DNA of 63,992 nucleotides, the filler included, from an uncultured bacterium (GTDB lineage Bacteria > Latescibacterota > UBA2968): the NCBI GenBank assembly GCA_964471275.1. It is 3 parts of 3 records of this genome, joined end to end, with 100 filler letters (N's around TTAATTAATTAA, not from the genome) between each part and the next. Parts side by side here need not be neighbours in the genome. Positions count along the whole stretch, not along the records: positions 1 to 25,486 come from CAYYGZ010000037.1; 2 more parts are not named here. One strand, 5' to 3'. Below are positions 1-8,964 of the stretch, in pieces (positions within the stretch are counted from its first letter, which is position 1; each line of letters opens with the position of its first letter). The notes below the pieces were generated by a model that was given only the letters and a program-made list of their open reading frames with translations, was not told the DNA's origin and did not search any database. A program made the position numbers and the translations under genes.

Positions 1-2
1 TT

Positions 3-317
3 GATTCCGTCGGTCGCGCGAAGACACACTCTGATGGTGACACGACATCCGAAGCCTATCAACAAGGTGTTCGGATGATCATGGAAGAGTTACCAAAGAT
101 CTTGGAAAACAGAGGTCTCAAAGAGGTCCAGGCAAGCGGGCAAACGTTCGATCCGAATCTGCACGAAGCGTTGATGCAGGTTCACAGCGATCACGAAGCG
201 GGAGCTGTTGCGGAAGTGGTCGAGCGAGGCTACAGCCTCGGTGAGAAGGTTCTGCGGCACGCCAAGGTGGTCGTCAGTCAGGGCCCGGCTGCCGATGTGG
301 ACAAAGAGAGCAAGTAG
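3..317 (+). CDS. grpE: Nucleotide exchange factor GrpE, C-terminal part (begins before the window)
   Basis: Frame is open from position 3. It contains FDPNLHEAL and GYSLGEKVLRHAKVVV, typical GrpE C-terminal motifs, and lies directly upstream of dnaJ. Confidence 0.95.
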   Translation, partial: DSVGRAKTHSDGDTTSEAYQQGVRMIMEELPKILENRGLKEVQASGQTFDPNLHEALMQVHSDHEAGAVAEVVERGYSLGEKVLRHAKVVVSQGPAADVDKESK

Positions 318-327
318 CACTATTACG

Positions 328-356
328 AGGTAGGGCTGTTCACGGCCCTACCTTTT
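328..356 (+). terminator. Intrinsic terminator-like hairpin between grpE and dnaJ
   Basis: AGGTAGGGCTG-ttca-CGGCCCTACCT stem followed by T residues. Confidence 0.55.
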
Positions 357-369
357 CTGCGTGAGAAAT

Positions 370-1527
370 ATGCCGAGAGACTACTACGAAGTGCTGGGCG
401 TCGAACGTGGGGCTTCCGATGATGCTATCAAGAAATCATACCGGAAGCTTGCACTCAAATTCCATCCTGACAGGAATCCGGGAGACCAGGAGGCCGAAGC
501 CAGCTTCAAGGAGGCGGCCGAGGCCTACGAGGTCCTCAGCGATGAGCAGAAGCGCCGCACCTACGACCAGTTCGGGCATCAGGGCTTGGGTGGCCCCTAT
601 GCTTCCGGTGGCTTCAAGTGGTCCGATTTCTCGCATGCAGGAGATTTCGATGACATCTTCTCGAACCTGGATGACATCTTTGGTGGTGGGATATTCGGGG
701 ATATCTTCGGCGGTGGACGGAGAAGACGTGGCGGCCCCCAGCGAGGTGAGGACCTGCGGATCTCGCTACTGTTGACTCTCGAGGAGATTTCAACAGGAAC
801 TCAGAAGAAGATCAAGCTCACGCGGCTCGACAAGTGCGACGACTGTACCGGATCGGGCGCCAAGGCGGGCTCCCAGTCAACCACGTGTGATGTCTGCGGC
901 GGCACGGGACAGGTCAGACAGGCGACGCGATCACTCTTTGGACAGTTCGTGAACGTAACCGAGTGCCCGAAGTGTCAGGGAGAGGGCTCGATGATTCAGG
1001 AGCCCTGTCCTCGCTGTGGTGGGGAAGGTCGGACTGACAAGCAGGTGAGTCTGACGGTGAATATCCCGGCCGGTGTGGCCGAAGGCAACTACATCCCGTT
1101 GAGGGGGCAGGGAACTGTTGGCAGGCGCGGCGGGTCGGCAGGCGATTGTCAAGTCTTTATCCAGGAGCAGGAACACGATCAGTTCGAGCGTCACGGTAAC
1201 GATGTTGTGTATGATCTTCCGGTGAGCTTTTCCCAGGCAGCCCTTGGAGCGGAAATCGAGGTCCCCACGCTTTCGGGAAAGGCGAAGATGAAAGTCCCCT
1301 CGGGTACGCAGTCCGCCCAGATCTTCAGGCTCCGCGGGAAAGGCATTCAGGATGTCAACGGCTATGGCCGTGGCGACCAGTTGGTGCGTATTGTGGTCTG
1401 GACGCCAACAAAACTGAACCGGGATGAGCAAGCCATCTTCAAGGAGCTCTCCGAGCACGAGAACGGCGAGCCACCTGAGGGCGGAAAGGGGTTCTTCGAT
1501 CGGGTCAAGGAAGTTCTGACTGGCTGA
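370..1527 (+). CDS. dnaJ: Molecular chaperone DnaJ (class A)
   Basis: J domain with HPD, G/F-rich region, four CxxCxGxG zinc-finger repeats and C-terminal domain. Start taken at ATG 370 ([10 protein letters not shown]). Confidence 0.97.
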   Translation: MPRDYYEVLGVERGASDDAIKKSYRKLALKFHPDRNPGDQEAEASFKEAAEAYEVLSDEQKRRTYDQFGHQGLGGPYASGGFKWSDFSHAGDFDDIFSNLDDIFGGGIFGDIFGGGRRRRGGPQRGEDLRISLLLTLEEISTGTQKKIKLTRLDKCDDCTGSGAKAGSQSTTCDVCGGTGQVRQATRSLFGQFVNVTECPKCQGEGSMIQEPCPRCGGEGRTDKQVSLTVNIPAGVAEGNYIPLRGQGTVGRRGGSAGDCQVFIQEQEHDQFERHGNDVVYDLPVSFSQAALGAEIEVPTLSGKAKMKVPSGTQSAQIFRLRGKGIQDVNGYGRGDQLVRIVVWTPTKLNRDEQAIFKELSEHENGEPPEGGKGFFDRVKEVLTG

Positions 1528-1609
1528 CTGGTATGCTGAGGATGATGACTCGGGCGGTTCACGTCAACGGTTGGCGGGGCCGCCCTTGCGATTTCAAAGA
1601 GGTCTGATC

Positions 1610-2098
1610 ATGAACACAAGGTGGTTGTGCGTAACGATGCTATTGGTTCTGGCGGGAGCGTGCGCCGAGAACAAGGTGCCAGAGGCGGCAAGACCGGAGG
1701 GCCTGACGCCGCCTCCTCTCGGGTCCTGGCTTATGTACGGCGGAGACCAGGGAATGCTGAAGGCTCAAGCTATCGATGAGGAGAGTTCGAACCTTGTGCT
1801 GGCAGACAGTACCTACTCGCTGACTTTCCAACGTCCGGAAGCCAAGTTCCTCTTTGTCGAGTCCGGCAAGGTATATTATGACTTGCGGGCACAGGTTGCA
1901 CGCTTCACGGTCGTTTCGACATCCGGGGTCGATTGGACCACGGGGCAGCCTCGCAAGCTGGCGCTGGTCCCCGAGACGGTTCCCTTTCAGCGCGATCCTG
2001 GTACCGTTTACGGGATGGAGTACGCGATACAGGACAGCTTGATGTCTCTGGCCGGTGTGGGGCAGGAAACCACGTGGTTTGTGAGGGCACCCAACTAA
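1610..2098 (+). CDS. Hypothetical lipoprotein
   Basis: AGAGG RBS-like sequence before ATG 1610; hydrophobic signal peptide ending in a lipobox-like LAGAC. Confidence 0.7.
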   Translation: MNTRWLCVTMLLVLAGACAENKVPEAARPEGLTPPPLGSWLMYGGDQGMLKAQAIDEESSNLVLADSTYSLTFQRPEAKFLFVESGKVYYDLRAQVARFTVVSTSGVDWTTGQPRKLALVPETVPFQRDPGTVYGMEYAIQDSLMSLAGVGQETTWFVRAPN

Positions 2099-2099
2099 A

Positions 2100-4058
2100 G
2101 TGGCACTGCCAGATTCTACCGTAGAGAACACCCAATCCGACCACCCGGACAGCAGCGTCACGGTTCGCGCCGTTGTGGGCGGCCTTGCGCTCGCGCTTCT
2201 GGTGATCGTCTGGAACACGTATGTCGAGTATATCGCGCATACGGCCCGGATGAACATCACGCATTTCCCAATCGCCCTATTTATTCCGTACACCGTTCTG
2301 GCGCTTACGAATGGCGTGGCACGACGGCTTGGCGCGTCGTGGGTACTCACGAGCGCGGAGCTGTTGGTCATGCTTGCGATGGGACTCGTGGGCGCGGCCG
2401 TCCCCGCTTACGGATTGACGAGCTACTTTCTCGGATTGATCGCAATTCCCTACTATTTGGCGACTCCCGAAAATCAGTGGGCCAGCTACTTCCATCAATA
2501 CCTGCCTACCTGGCTGATCCCGTCGAACGAGGGTGACGCGATGCGGTGGCTGTTTGAGGGGCTCCCGAGTCCCGAGATGCCGATCCCGTGGAGCGTATGG
2601 ACGATCCCGCTGGTCGGGTGGTTAACCTTCATCACGGCGATCGTGGTTGGGAGCATATGCTTCTCGGTGATGCTGCGGAAGCAGTGGGCCGAGCACGAGC
2701 GTCTGGCCTACCCGATTCTGCACGCCGCAAGCGATCTCGCGGAGGCCGAGGATCGAAGATCTCTCCTTTCGAATCGAGTCTTCTGGGTCGGCGCCATCAT
2801 CCCGTTCGCCATACTCGCGTGGAACATGGCGAGTTACTTCAACCCGGGATTCCCAAGGATTCGTCTGGGAACGGGTTGGATGAGCATGGGGTCCTATTTT
2901 CCGCGGATCCACTTCAGTTTCAATTTCTACACGATCGGCTTTGCCTATTTCGCCAACGTGGACGTCCTGTTCTCTATCTGGGCGTTCTACCTGTTCTACT
3001 GCTCCCAGATCGCCATCTACAGACGCGTTGGCATCAGTCTCAGCAGCAAATCTGGATCGGGAGATGCCACAACGTCTCTTCAGGCCGGGGGCGCTTTCAT
3101 CGCTTTGGTCCTGTGGGGCCTCTGGCTGGCGCGAGACCATCTTCGAGACGTGTTCCGGAAGGCCTTCGACTCGAGTCTGCCGATTGACGACTCTCAGGAA
3201 CTGTTGAGCTACCGAGCGTGTGTGTTCGGGTTCCTGTTCAGTGTCGTGTTCCTGATCTTCTGGCTTCAGGTGATCGGTATTGCTTGGACGGTTTCGGTTG
3301 TCGTGACTCTCGGGATCTTCCTGCTTTACATGGGGGCGGCCCGCGTGATCGCAGAGACGGGCGTGGTCTATTTCAGTATGCCTATGACCCCGAACGGGGT
3401 CGTACCCTTTCTCTTTGGCGGTCCAAACGCGCTTGGCGGGCCCAGCCAGACCGCCCTGCGACTGATCGACGCGGTTCGGTCACAGAACAAGGCGATGTTC
3501 ATGCCGCCGCTTGTGCACGCTGCTCGCATCGGTGATCTGATCGTACATCATAAACGGCGACTGATTTTCGGGATCGGCCTGACGCTTGTCGTCGGTACCA
3601 GCGTCGCAATCGCCTACTCACTCTATCTGGGTTATGTTCACGGAGCATATAATTTCAACGACTTCCCGTTTACACGGTATCCTCCCCGGACATACGACGG
3701 ACTCGTAAAGGCGCTGAAGGGCGAGGAGAAGTGGGAACCTGAGCGGTATCTGTTCCTCGTGGCCGGAGTGGTTACATTTTCACTCGTCAGCATTGCCCGT
3801 TACCGGTTCACCTGGTGGCCTTTCGCGCCAATCGGGATGGTTGTGCCACCGACGCACGCCGTCCACTCTATCTTCGCAATCTTCTGCACGTGGGCAATCA
3901 AATCGATCATCCTCAGGATCGGTGGGGTGGATCTGTATCGGCAAATGCGACCCCTGTTTCTCGGTTTTCTGGTCGGTCACGCCATGGGCGTGCTCCTGTC
4001 CTTCATTGTCGACCAGATCTACTTCCCCGGGCAGGGCCACGGCACGCACTCCTGGTAG
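2100..4058 (+). CDS. DUF6785/DUF6784-family polytopic membrane protein (putative transporter)
   Basis: 652 aa with many TM segments; family-typical RKQWAEHERLAYP and C-terminal WWPFAPIG...RIGGVDLY...PLFLG motifs. Confidence 0.8.
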   Translation: MALPDSTVENTQSDHPDSSVTVRAVVGGLALALLVIVWNTYVEYIAHTARMNITHFPIALFIPYTVLALTNGVARRLGASWVLTSAELLVMLAMGLVGAAVPAYGLTSYFLGLIAIPYYLATPENQWASYFHQYLPTWLIPSNEGDAMRWLFEGLPSPEMPIPWSVWTIPLVGWLTFITAIVVGSICFSVMLRKQWAEHERLAYPILHAASDLAEAEDRRSLLSNRVFWVGAIIPFAILAWNMASYFNPGFPRIRLGTGWMSMGSYFPRIHFSFNFYTIGFAYFANVDVLFSIWAFYLFYCSQIAIYRRVGISLSSKSGSGDATTSLQAGGAFIALVLWGLWLARDHLRDVFRKAFDSSLPIDDSQELLSYRACVFGFLFSVVFLIFWLQVIGIAWTVSVVVTLGIFLLYMGAARVIAETGVVYFSMPMTPNGVVPFLFGGPNALGGPSQTALRLIDAVRSQNKAMFMPPLVHAARIGDLIVHHKRRLIFGIGLTLVVGTSVAIAYSLYLGYVHGAYNFNDFPFTRYPPRTYDGLVKALKGEEKWEPERYLFLVAGVVTFSLVSIARYRFTWWPFAPIGMVVPPTHAVHSIFAIFCTWAIKSIILRIGGVDLYRQMRPLFLGFLVGHAMGVLLSFIVDQIYFPGQGHGTHSW

Positions 4059-4171
4059 ATCCGGACCGGGGTGTCTTGAAGAACCGTCAAGTGGATCATG
4101 CACGCTCGGATTTCTCTGTGTTCTAGGCCTTTTTTCTAATGGTGTCACTCGGTTTGTCGATATACTAATTA

Positions 4172-4305
4172 GCAACCAGTGATTCCACTGCCTCCCTCCC
4201 ACAGGAATACAGGTCATCTGGATGCGACACAGGATGTGGGGTCAAAGCGCAGGGATGCCGGCCAAACAGAAAGGTTCCCCTTCATTATTGAAGGGGAACC
4301 TTTCT
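4172..4305 (+). ncRNA. Candidate CsrB/RsmY/RsmZ-like sRNA (GGA-loop repeats)
   Basis: TATACT -10-like box at 4161-4166; four GGA motifs at 4201-4258, three of them in mini-hairpins; ends in a perfect 17-bp hairpin. Confidence 0.45.
4268..4305. terminator. Strong, potentially bidirectional intrinsic terminator
   Basis: Perfect inverted repeat AGAAAGGTTCCCCTTCA-ttat-TGAAGGGGAACCTTTCT. Confidence 0.75.
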
Positions 4306-4317
4306 ACGTACCCGAAT

Positions 4318-4346
4318 TGGACAAAGCAAACCAGCTGGCCTATATT
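4318..4346 (+). promoter_or_regulatory. Sigma70-type promoter upstream of prmA
   Basis: TGGACA-17 nt-TATATT. Confidence 0.5.
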
Positions 4347-4421
4347 CGAAATAATGCTGTATACACGGGCATTAAGAACGCTATTCACTTCTGAACTCCC
4401 CACTACGGTTCCCCTCAAACG

Positions 4422-5285
4422 TTGAATTCCTGGTATCAGCTCACAGTCCAGACACCGGTCGAAAGCTCGGACCGTCTATCAAGTCTGCTGTTCGATCTTG
4501 GGAGTTCCGGGCTCGAAGTCGGTGATCCGGCTGATGACACCACAGTAAGCCTCACCGCATACTTTTCGGGCGAAACCAACCGGATAGCTGTTCTCGCTCA
4601 TGTCGAGAGGGAGCTGGCGTCGATCAATGGTGGTCTTGTGGTAGCCGGAATTTCCGATGTCCCCAATGAGGATTGGGGAGCCAAGTGGCGGGAACACTTC
4701 GAACCGGTCTATCCAACCGAGCGAATGGTCATCCACCCTCCCTGGCAGACTGTCGAACCGCCGGTGAGGGGCTTTTCACTTACGATCGAGCCCAAGACCG
4801 CCTTTGGCACGGGGAGCCATCCGACGACCAGAATGGCTTTAATGGGCCTGGAACGGGCTGTCTCGTCGGGAGATCGCGTCCTCGATGTCGGCACGGGGTC
4901 TGGCGTCTTGAGCATCGCTGCGATCCTGCTGGGCGCAACAGCGGCCACTGCCGTCGATACGGATCCATTAGCGACCGAGAATGTCGCAGAGAATGTGGTG
5001 CTGAACGATGTCTCGGGTGTTGACTGGGCGACAAGGGGCGTGAGCGGATCAGACACCGGTTACGATGTCACCGTGGCCAACATCATTCGGAGCGTTCTGG
5101 CGCCTTTGTTGCCGATACTTGCGCTGTCCGTCCGGCCGGGTGGACACATCATATTGGGCGGTCTTCTGGATCGAGAGGAGTCTGCGTTCGTTCGTGCCGT
5201 GGAAGGCGTAGACCTGGAAATCGTAGAGATCACGAGAGAAGCGGAATGGATAGGTTTGATCACCAAATCGAAAGGCCAGGCGTGA
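4422..5285 (+). CDS. prmA: 50S ribosomal protein L11 methyltransferase
   Basis: EDWGAKWREHF, AFGTGSHPTT, VLDVGTGSGVLSI and VANI motifs; near dnaJ. Confidence 0.95.
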   Translation: MNSWYQLTVQTPVESSDRLSSLLFDLGSSGLEVGDPADDTTVSLTAYFSGETNRIAVLAHVERELASINGGLVVAGISDVPNEDWGAKWREHFEPVYPTERMVIHPPWQTVEPPVRGFSLTIEPKTAFGTGSHPTTRMALMGLERAVSSGDRVLDVGTGSGVLSIAAILLGATAATAVDTDPLATENVAENVVLNDVSGVDWATRGVSGSDTGYDVTVANIIRSVLAPLLPILALSVRPGGHIILGGLLDREESAFVRAVEGVDLEIVEITREAEWIGLITKSKGQA

Positions 5286-6766
5286 GCTGGCTTGTGGTTC
5301 TGAGTGTCGCTGCCTTGCTCGGTACGGCATCGGACGTATCGGGTGTTCTGCACCACGGGGATCAGGCGGTTGTGGTTGTGGATACACCGCAGGGGACCGT
5401 CAACATCCGATCGATCCCCGTTCAGAGATCGGGCGGAGAATGGGGAATGGGTGCACGGCTCGGTCGTGCTCGAGAAGGCCAGATGTACAAGTTTCTCGAG
5501 AAGCGCGAATTTGGGAATCAGGGCGTCTGGGTGCGTATTGAGCAGGAGGACGGTTCGGAGGCCTGGGTGTCGGGGAGATACCTTGACCAGACAATTGCAC
5601 GAGATCGACTGATCGTCCGGCCGACCAACGTCAACGTGAGGAATCGAGCCTCCCAGAATTCTGACAAGATCGGAAGCGTCAAGAAAGGCGATGCCCTGGG
5701 GCGTGTGAGAAAGCAGGACAATTGGTATCTCGCTGTCCTTCCGGATGGGACAAAACGGGGTTGGGTGCGGGATGATATGGTTCGGCTCGTTGCCCTGGCG
5801 CCGCCCGAGAAGAAGCCCGATGCGAAGGCCGAGGCGAAGATCCCCGAGCCAGTGCCGGAGCCACCCAAACCGAAGGTCGACTACAGGCAGGTGGCTCAAC
5901 AGGCGCTCGATGAGGGCCGAGGCAACGACGCCATCGATGCCTATAGAAAGGCACTGCAGGAAGAGCCGAACGACGGTGTTCTCCACTTCGAACTCGGGAA
6001 GCTGCTTGCCGCCGGCGACAAGCCGGAACAGGCGATTCCCCATCTGAGAAAGGCGATCACGGGTCGCCCGGCAAGACCAGAGGCAGAATTTTCACTCAAC
6101 AAGCTTCTGGAGGCCAGGGAGAAGGAGACGGCAAAGACAGCAGAACTGGATGACCCGGTGGAAGAACCGTTGGAGAGTGCCGAGGACTCCCCGATTTTCG
6201 AGGTGCTGGCTGACAATGCGATCTACATCCTGCCAGCAGCAGCCTTTGGGTCCCTCGCTTTCATTGCAGTGCTTGTTGTTCTGTATCGACAGAGGGGGGT
6301 GCGCACATCAAGACCCTTGTTCCGCAGGCGGAAGGCGGACGGCGGGTTTGATGACGTGCTCAAGTATGCTGTTGAGAAACGACCGGTCATCCGCGAGATC
6401 GAGGAAGCTGAGAAGAAACTCGGCGAAATGGACGATGCGCTGAATAAGCGTTTTGCCGCATTTCAGGAGACAGACGACGACGGACGGCCTCGACTGCCAC
6501 CGGGGGAGAGTGCCGAGCGGCTTCTGAAGCGGGTGGACGGGCTGCGGAGGACCATCCTCAATCAGGAGGAACGGGCTCGGATCTATGCTGATCTCGTGGT
6601 GCTTCAGAATGATAAGATCAGTGCACTCGATGATGAGATCGATGCGCTGAAGAAACTCATCCAGCTTGACTACCAGGACGGTAAGGGCGGTGGAAAGCGG
6701 TCGCCCTCTGGGACGAAGGCTCCGCCGAAGGCTCAGACGCAGCCGACGGAGAAGAAGGCCGACTGA
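5282..6766 (+). CDS. Membrane-anchored protein with SH3b and TPR domains and a cytoplasmic coiled coil
   Basis: GTG start overlaps the prmA stop. Signal peptide, two SH3b-like units (VNIRS...AWVSG; VNVRN...RGWV), Pro-rich linker, TPR helices, one TM segment and a charged helical tail. Confidence 0.75.
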   Translation: MSWLVVLSVAALLGTASDVSGVLHHGDQAVVVVDTPQGTVNIRSIPVQRSGGEWGMGARLGRAREGQMYKFLEKREFGNQGVWVRIEQEDGSEAWVSGRYLDQTIARDRLIVRPTNVNVRNRASQNSDKIGSVKKGDALGRVRKQDNWYLAVLPDGTKRGWVRDDMVRLVALAPPEKKPDAKAEAKIPEPVPEPPKPKVDYRQVAQQALDEGRGNDAIDAYRKALQEEPNDGVLHFELGKLLAAGDKPEQAIPHLRKAITGRPARPEAEFSLNKLLEAREKETAKTAELDDPVEEPLESAEDSPIFEVLADNAIYILPAAAFGSLAFIAVLVVLYRQRGVRTSRPLFRRRKADGGFDDVLKYAVEKRPVIREIEEAEKKLGEMDDALNKRFAAFQETDDDGRPRLPPGESAERLLKRVDGLRRTILNQEERARIYADLVVLQNDKISALDDEIDALKKLIQLDYQDGKGGGKRSPSGTKAPPKAQTQPTEKKAD

Positions 6767-6830
6767 ACAGATGGACGCACACGATTGATTTTGCGGGGGT
6801 CTTTACGACCCCCGTTTTCGTTGAAGGTCT

Positions 6831-8207
6831 ATGGACAAGGTTTTCGAATACCTGGTAGATCGGCCCGACGGAGCGGCTGCGGAAGAGATCGCACGCGAAG
6901 CACTCGGGCTGAAGGGGGCAGTCGGTGTCGTTGCCGATCGTGTGGTCAAAGCTGCCGCAGAGGCGGACCCCCGGATCGTAACGGATGCGAAAGGTCAATG
7001 GGTGGTCTGCGCCGGTCCGCAGGAGCAGACGCTGCGCAGGTGCAGATACCTTGTCACTGTATGTCGTGTGAACGAGGATGGGACCGTCGCCGTCTCTGTG
7101 GCCCGAATCACCTTTGACGGCAACACGAGCACGGAATCATGCCTCATTTCCGCAGTTCGATCAGAGGCAGCGGCCCGTGAACTGGATCGATTCCGGGGGC
7201 TGGCAGAGGGCTGTATCCCGGCGGGGTTCCGGTATGCCACGGTTCGCGGGATCGTCAACCCGATTTCTCGGCTGCAGCTTGGGCGAGAATCGCTCCACGA
7301 GGGTCTTTGTCTTTCGCGGCTGGCTCGCCGATGCTTCCCCCAGCAGAAGATCCGGTCCTGCTCGGACATCGCTGCCGCGTTGAGGATGCCCTATGTAGAG
7401 TCAGACGACCCGGAGGCCTCGGGCCGTCAGCAAGCCAACCTTCTGCTGGGGCTGCTGGAATGCTGTGAGGCTCGGTCGCTGACCACCGTTGACGCGGTGC
7501 GGTCCGACCTTCAGCCGACGGTCTCTGCGGTCGACTTCGAGGCCTTCGCGTTTGACGAAGATTACCTGGACGAGTTGCCCGCGTGTCCGGGTGTTTACGT
7601 GATGCGAGACGCTGCGGGAAAAGTCATCTACGTGGGGAAGTCGGTTAACCTGCGCGACCGCGTGAAGACCTATTTTGCCAAGAGATCCGAGCGCGAGGAG
7701 AAGACGCTGAAGATTCTGGATCGGATCTGGACTGTTGAGATCGAGAAGGTGGGATCTGATCTTGAAGCGCTGATGCTCGAGGCGCGCCTAATCCAGGCGA
7801 CACGTCCTGAGTTCAACACGCAGCAGGCTATTCACGAGCGATCCGCATCGATCACGAAACGTGGACCCTTCGTTGTGATCCTGCCGTCCTCGGATTCCGG
7901 GAGCGTCGAGCTGTTCTGTGTTCGTTCTGACCGTGAAATCCACCAGGAGCGTGTGCGTAAGGATCTGACAGATTGGCCTGACCGCTCATCGCACGTACAT
8001 GGCTATTTCGGGGGAGCAGGCGCTGAAACGGATGCGGTCGAACAGGCTGCACACTTGATTCTTCAGGGCTGGATACAGCAGCACGCTGACAAAGTGAATC
8101 TGATCGATGTGGGAGACGCCGGTCCGGCCAACAATCTGAACAGGCTTCTGGAGGAGCACATCCACGCAGCAGATGACGACGCTTGGGAAAAAGTCTGGCG
8201 AGTGTAG
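6831..8207 (+). CDS. GIY-YIG (UvrC/Cho-like) endonuclease with a degenerate N-terminal DnaQ-like region
   Basis: PGVYVMRD...VIYVGKSVNLRDRVKTYF...EALMLEARLI...PEFN is the UvrC-type GIY-YIG signature. Confidence 0.85.
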   Translation: MDKVFEYLVDRPDGAAAEEIAREALGLKGAVGVVADRVVKAAAEADPRIVTDAKGQWVVCAGPQEQTLRRCRYLVTVCRVNEDGTVAVSVARITFDGNTSTESCLISAVRSEAAARELDRFRGLAEGCIPAGFRYATVRGIVNPISRLQLGRESLHEGLCLSRLARRCFPQQKIRSCSDIAAALRMPYVESDDPEASGRQQANLLLGLLECCEARSLTTVDAVRSDLQPTVSAVDFEAFAFDEDYLDELPACPGVYVMRDAAGKVIYVGKSVNLRDRVKTYFAKRSEREEKTLKILDRIWTVEIEKVGSDLEALMLEARLIQATRPEFNTQQAIHERSASITKRGPFVVILPSSDSGSVELFCVRSDREIHQERVRKDLTDWPDRSSHVHGYFGGAGAETDAVEQAAHLILQGWIQQHADKVNLIDVGDAGPANNLNRLLEEHIHAADDDAWEKVWRV

Positions 8208-8220
8208 GGACGGTCTGGGT

Positions 8221-8878
8221 ATGCCAACACTCGAAACGATCGTAGTCTGGGGCGTCAATATCGTGATGACCGCGATCGTTACCGTTTGGGTTCACGCGCT
8301 TTTTCGCACGGTTCAGCGGGCTGCCCCGACATCAGTGCAAAGAAAGGGCAGCCGTCGAGCGGATACAGGAGGCCAGAGTTCTCGCGGTTCGAACGAGTTG
8401 GATCGAGCCGCACGTTGTCCTGCTGACGAGTCTGGTGTCCGTGGGGATCTTCTCGATCTTCGTCGGACGGTTCCAACTTCTCGGATCTGTCTGGTTCTTC
8501 GCCCCTTCCATCGTGATCGTGATTTCGATCTTTCTCCTCTGGATGCACTACCACGTTGGAAAACTTCAACTCACCGATAAACGTGCGATCAAGTATGGTG
8601 GTCTGTTCGGAGACCCACCCACGGCTGTCTGGTTGAAGGAGATCGAGACCATCCGACTCAAGACGGATACGTGGTGGGAACAGAAGTTTCAGCTCCCCAC
8701 GATTCTGATCGAGGGCGGCGATCCGATGAAGGAGACCCGGCTGAAGAAGGTGGCCGACGCCAAACGGTTCGAGGTGATATTGCGGATGCTTAAGAAGAAA
8801 GCCGAGCTCGGCCTGTCGATGCACGCGCCGCTGCCTGCCGACGTGGCGAGGGAAGAGCTGAAAGATTGGCGATTGTGA
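8221..8878 (+). pseudogene. Small membrane protein with a bacterial PH-like C-terminal domain, apparently frameshifted near 8288
   Basis: ATG 8221 encodes a TM-like N-terminus. The +1 frame is open from ~8268 to 8878 but has no start codon until 8435. Deleting one G in TGGG joins the two. Confidence 0.5.
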
Positions 8879-8909
8879 GGCGATGCTCTCCAGTGAGTAA
8901 CCCATGTAT

Positions 8910-8945
8910 GAAAGCGCCCTGACTGGTATCAGTCAGGGCGCTTTC
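8910..8945. terminator. Bidirectional terminator between convergent genes
   Basis: Perfect inverted repeat GAAAGCGCCCTGACTG-gtat-CAGTCAGGGCGCTTTC. Confidence 0.8.
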
Positions 8946-8964
8946 CGTTTCAGATGTTGTGACG

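Noticed and set aside
313..340. TAGCACT resembling the left arm of a CIRCE element near grpE/dnaJ
   Set aside because: No GAGTGCTAA right arm at 9-nt spacing.
4230..4275. Possible c-di-GMP-I riboswitch (GGCCAAAC, GAAA, CAAAG fragments)
   Set aside because: Element order and pairing do not fit the GEMM consensus.
4179..4425. Short ORFs 4179-4394 and 4222-4425
   Set aside because: They run through a terminator and a promoter and have no recognisable motifs; the region is better explained as ncRNA plus regulatory DNA.
5060..6043. Long antisense ORFs (also 47881-48915, 53988-55109, 41821-42744)
   Set aside because: They mirror well-supported genes on the opposite strand, which is common in GC-rich DNA.
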